Below are positions 59,935 through 64,000 of a stretch of DNA of 64,000 nt, one piece after another. The translations under genes were made by a program, and so were the position numbers. How positions within the stretch are numbered: the stretch's first letter is position 1; the number at the start of each line of letters is the position of its first letter. The notes beneath the pieces are model-generated. The model saw only the letters and a list, made by a program, of their open reading frames with translations. It was not told the DNA's origin and searched no databases. Origin of the DNA: Seison nebaliae (taxonomy: Eukaryota); the NCBI GenBank assembly GCA_023231475.1, contig JALJEE010001112.1, positions 1 through 64,000 of the forward strand, in the 5' to 3' direction.

Positions 59935-60730
59935 TTATTTATTTATTTGAAATAAAAGAGAAAAGAAAAAAAAGTAGAAAAGAAGGGAACAAGATTGGAC
60001 TGAGCTGCCAGAAAATCCACCCATCTATCGTAAATAATATATAAAGAAATATAAAGAAAGAAAAAAGAAATCTGTAAATTTCCATATAGGGACAATTCAA
60101 ACGTCGCTCTCGAGAAGAATCCTCAAAGCGTTAGACTGATTTTTTTCTTGGCTGATCAGGGTCTTGGTAGAATTTAGGGTAAGTACTTGTTCGGCACGTA
60201 ACCGAGACACGGATGACAACGAGAAGATGAACTCACGAAATTCTGTTGAAAGAGCTGAGTGATCTATATAATAGTATACAATGGTGTGAGAATAGACGAA
60301 ATGATTTGATGTGATAAAGCCTTGAATAAGAGATGATATGTTGGGGAAGAGTCCCGACAAAATGCGTCGACAATAGAGAATATGAAATGGAGGAATATCG
60401 GTGACTGCGAAAGTAGGATTACGATTAATCCTGCGGAAACAGCCAATAAGCCCACGGACGATGTTGTTGTAAGTTCGATCCATTCTGAGGAATGAGCTGT
60501 TGGAGACGAATATTAGCGAATCGAGTCCATATAATGGGAGGACAAGTGAAGAGAAAACACGAATTCGAATTGACAATGCTCGCATGAACTATTTCTGCCC
60601 ATCTCCATCTATGAGCGGAAATGTGACGAAAATTGAGAGAGTGAACGACGATCTTCTGAACCGATATTCGGTCTGGTAAGGCGAAGGAGAACCCAGAGAG
60701 TCGACGGGTTCGTCAATGTTAGAAGATGGT
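59935..60730 (-). mobile_element. 5'-truncated non-LTR retrotransposon 3' fragment
   Basis: RIRVFSSLVLPLYG..MDRTYNNIVRGLIG resembles the post-RT region of LINE ORF2; pyrimidine-rich 3' UTR ending in (TAAA)3; higher GC than flanks. Confidence 0.6.
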
Positions 60731-61360
60731 TGGTAACTTTAATTCAATAGCAATAGGTCAGACCAAACAATAGCAAATTCGACCAAAAAAAACATCGTAT
60801 TTTTTGAAAACCTGTGCAACCTGTCCAAAACTTTACCTAAACTTTGACATGGCAACGAAATATCTGATTAACAGAATAATCGGTAACCTTCCTCGAACTT
60901 AACTTTGGGATATGAATTGAACAGCCGGCCGGTATAAAATTTCCGAATATCTGTTTAATTACAATTTCAATATTTTAACCAGACAGTTGGAAACCGAAAT
61001 TGGAATAGTTTGGAATAGTTTCTTTCAAACTTCTTTGACGAAATATATTTACAACTTATTAGTTAGGAAATTTAAAAACCGCTTTTAAGTAGTATTAACC
61101 AAATTTGTATCTTGCTAATGAAAGGGAGTTACATGAAGTTATGTCATATCACATGTATGTTTTCATTTGATGTCAATTCGGGTAATAAAAGTGGGTGTAA
61201 CTTTAAATGAATTTCTGCATGCATCAGAAGGCCCTTAAAAACAAATAGTTAGTTCAAATCATACGGTGCTACGTTATACATATTAAAATTTTTAGAAATT
61301 TAAAAATAATGAACCTAAAGTTCTTGGTACCCAGATCTAAAATAAAAATAACAATTTGAC

Positions 61361-61756
61361 GATGCTGTTACTTTCACCCCGAATTACTTTCCCCCTGAAA
61401 AAAAAATGAAGAGAAAAATGAGATTTTAAGGGGTTTTTCCTCGGTATAAGGGGGGTAATAGAACTTGAACGTGGCTATCTAATGATGCCCGACTTATCAA
61501 ATTTGGATAAGTAACACCTAACGCACAGCAATTCAAAATAGTTGAATTTTTTGAAATCGAAAAAAAAAAAGTCCAACTTGTATCCTAAAATTTTAATATT
61601 AATATTTAATTTTTTTAAATGAAATGATATGCATTCGAAAGAGAATTTTATACTTTTTCGAATGAACCCTACCTCGTTAATTTTCAATGAGGAAAAACCC
61701 CTTAAAATCTCATTTTTCTCTTCAATTTTTTTTTTCGGGGGGAAAGTAACAGCATC
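61361..61756. mobile_element. MITE with long terminal inverted repeats and 9-bp target-site duplication (Mutator-like)
   Basis: TIRs 61361-61442 and 61689-61756 (GATGCTGTTACTTTC...GGGGTTTTTCCTC); identical CAATTTGAC flanks at 61352-61360 and 61757-61765. Confidence 0.9.
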
Positions 61757-64000
61757 CAATTTGACACGAGATTTCGATAAATTTAACGTTTCTTACTTGT
61801 GTGTCTCTGCATAATATTAACCATATGAATCTCATAAATGATAATGATTAGTCTTTATGAATAATAATTGGATAATAAGAAATCATATCACAAACCTTAA
61901 AGTTTTCTTGTGAAGTTATTAATTTCAAATTACCAAGTTTCTTTCTTAAAGTTTAATTAAAATTAATCAGTTTCTAATTATCTTTTCACTGTTTTAGATA
62001 AGAAGGAGGATTTATTAAATTAAATCTTAAATTATTCATTCGTTAAAATTTGGCGGTTATATGTGGGAGGAATATATCTGTACACAATGTTCATCAGTGT
62101 ATTAAACTGAATGGAAAGGAAAGTACAGAAGAAGTAGAATGAATAATTAGTAAAAAGAAAGTCTTTTTTTTCTTCCTCCTGATTGGTAACAGCTATCATC
62201 TTAATCATTGAAAGTTGGTTCGAAAAATGTATTTGGAGAAATGTTCTGACGATTGAGGAGAATTAACTTCCACTATACACACATCAACATCAAGCGCTGT
62301 TTATGAATGATGATGTGTATAAGTATAATTCTTAGTTTTGATTTTCAGTCAGTTAGTCTCTTGTTGTATAGATGTTACATAATATTTGTTGTTAATGTTT
62401 TTGTTGTTGTTGGTTATGTATTAATACATGAACGATCGAATTGAAAATCAAGGTTCTTCATGCGAGTATTTTCTTATTCATTCCTTCCTCCAACGAACAT
62501 AGAAATAATGGAAAAAACGAATTTGCTTATTTAATATGTTAATTCACAATTCGTATTTGATTCGTCTGTATTTCATCCAAATTTTACATCGTTCTTATTC
62601 AATAATTTTATTTATCATCCTTCTCATTTCATTTACACCTTTATATTCCTCATTCATCTAATAATTCGTTTATATATCCATAAAATGATATCACACTTCT
62701 TTTTAAGGTCCCGTTCCTCTTGTTGATTAACGAAGAAATCCGTGCTATGTACACAAAGAATTGGGTAAAGTAAGTGAGTTGGAAGAAGAAAATTAATTTG
62801 TAAGAGCAAAAAATTTAACTAGTGAAAACATTGAAATCATTAGAAAATCTTTTTACTTCTCCTCACTCTACAATATCGAACAAATTCTCCTTTTTATGAA
62901 AAGTCAAATATTCCTTCTATTCCATAGTTTCATATTCATTAATGTCATCGTGAAGAAGAGAATCTTCCCCTACATCAGAATATTGTTACTTGTAACTTAC
63001 AAGTGACTTCATTGCTATTATTGTTATGTAATCTATCCATTCATTCATTCATCCATCCTATTATACTTTTGTACAGTCAGTAAATTTTATGATGAAACTA
63101 TAATAAATTATATAATTTCATATCACTTACAACATCCACATATCATTCAAACACACATGTCAACAATAAGAAACAATAACATGAGAAACGAAGTCGATAA
63201 CTCCATTTCTTTCTATTTTTCTAACCTTCTCTCCCATCGCAAACTTATCGCATTTCATGTGGCGAGAACAAAAAAGAAAATAGAGGAAAAATCCGTTTTT
63301 ACTTCATTTAATCTATCAAATACAACTATCATTGAACATCGTTAAGATGAAATGACATTCATCTTCCTCAACGTTTGAGAACGTATAACGAAGAATTGAA
63401 TGAGGACGTTTCATTCTTCTTCTTTCCAATTAATTTTTAACGCTTTTCCCAAATCGTCTATCAAATAAATATTATCAATTCACGTATACATCGTTTCTCC
63501 TCATTCTTTCTATCATCCACCGATTAATGAAATAAAGTGAATCGTGAATAAAAAAAAGTTTGATATGTCAGAATTGACGATGATTCATCAACCAAGCTAA
63601 AATTTTTACGAACTACTTATTAATTTACATTTGTTTTTACGAACTTTCTTCTTCATCTGAACGTTGCCCGTTACATGCTAATCAAAAAAATAATGACATC
63701 ATAACATTTCTCAAAAAAGAAAATTGTTAATTTGAAAAATATTTTAGCCGAATGATAATTCATCACTATTTGTTTGGTAGCCAGAAAAATAGGTGGCATA
63801 TCCTGTGAGAATAAAATAAATTTGTCATTAACGAGAACAAATAATCGAAGAGAAATAATTAGGAGATGAATTGATCTAGCAGTTCGATTTTGACGACTGA
63901 TGAATTTCAAGTGTGAGACATTTTTCATGTTTCACTCATCATTCTCACAAAGAAGTCTCACAATATTTCATTTCTTCGTCTATTTCAGTCAGAATGATCT

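Noticed and set aside
63500..63928. Minus-strand ORF or exon fragments at the right edge
   Set aside because: Could not assemble a consistent exon chain; may belong to a gene outside the window

Overview
AT-rich, gene-dense eukaryotic (invertebrate metazoan-like) DNA with about 25 genes split by short introns (mostly 40-70 nt). Recognisable genes are DDX46/Prp5, an STPG2-like gene, a single-finger GATA factor, DNAI2, ALYREF, RBBP4/7, an ADAM10/17-like pseudo-protease, BUD13, a GT10 fucosyltransferase, a caspase-fold protease, a GH18 chitinase, MAK/ICK kinase, TIM50, a divergent Ski/Sno-like protein, mitochondrial ferredoxin, RRM2, TRAPPC1, a CAP+EGF protein, THOC5 and glycogen phosphorylase. 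There are also several orphan genes, two decayed non-LTR retrotransposon fragments and a Mutator-like MITE. The most striking signal is in the splicing code. By my manual reconstruction about 57 of 62 introns begin GTT rather than GTR(AG), with no consistent +5 G, and AAG acceptors are frequent. The DDX46 and BUD13 genes in this window are also altered in regions that contact the spliceosome. Other highlights are a caspase-fold enzyme that has lost the Asp-specificity pocket and a chitinase-caspase junction that resembles an operon or trans-splice site. All gene models and counts are by eye and unverified by RNA data.
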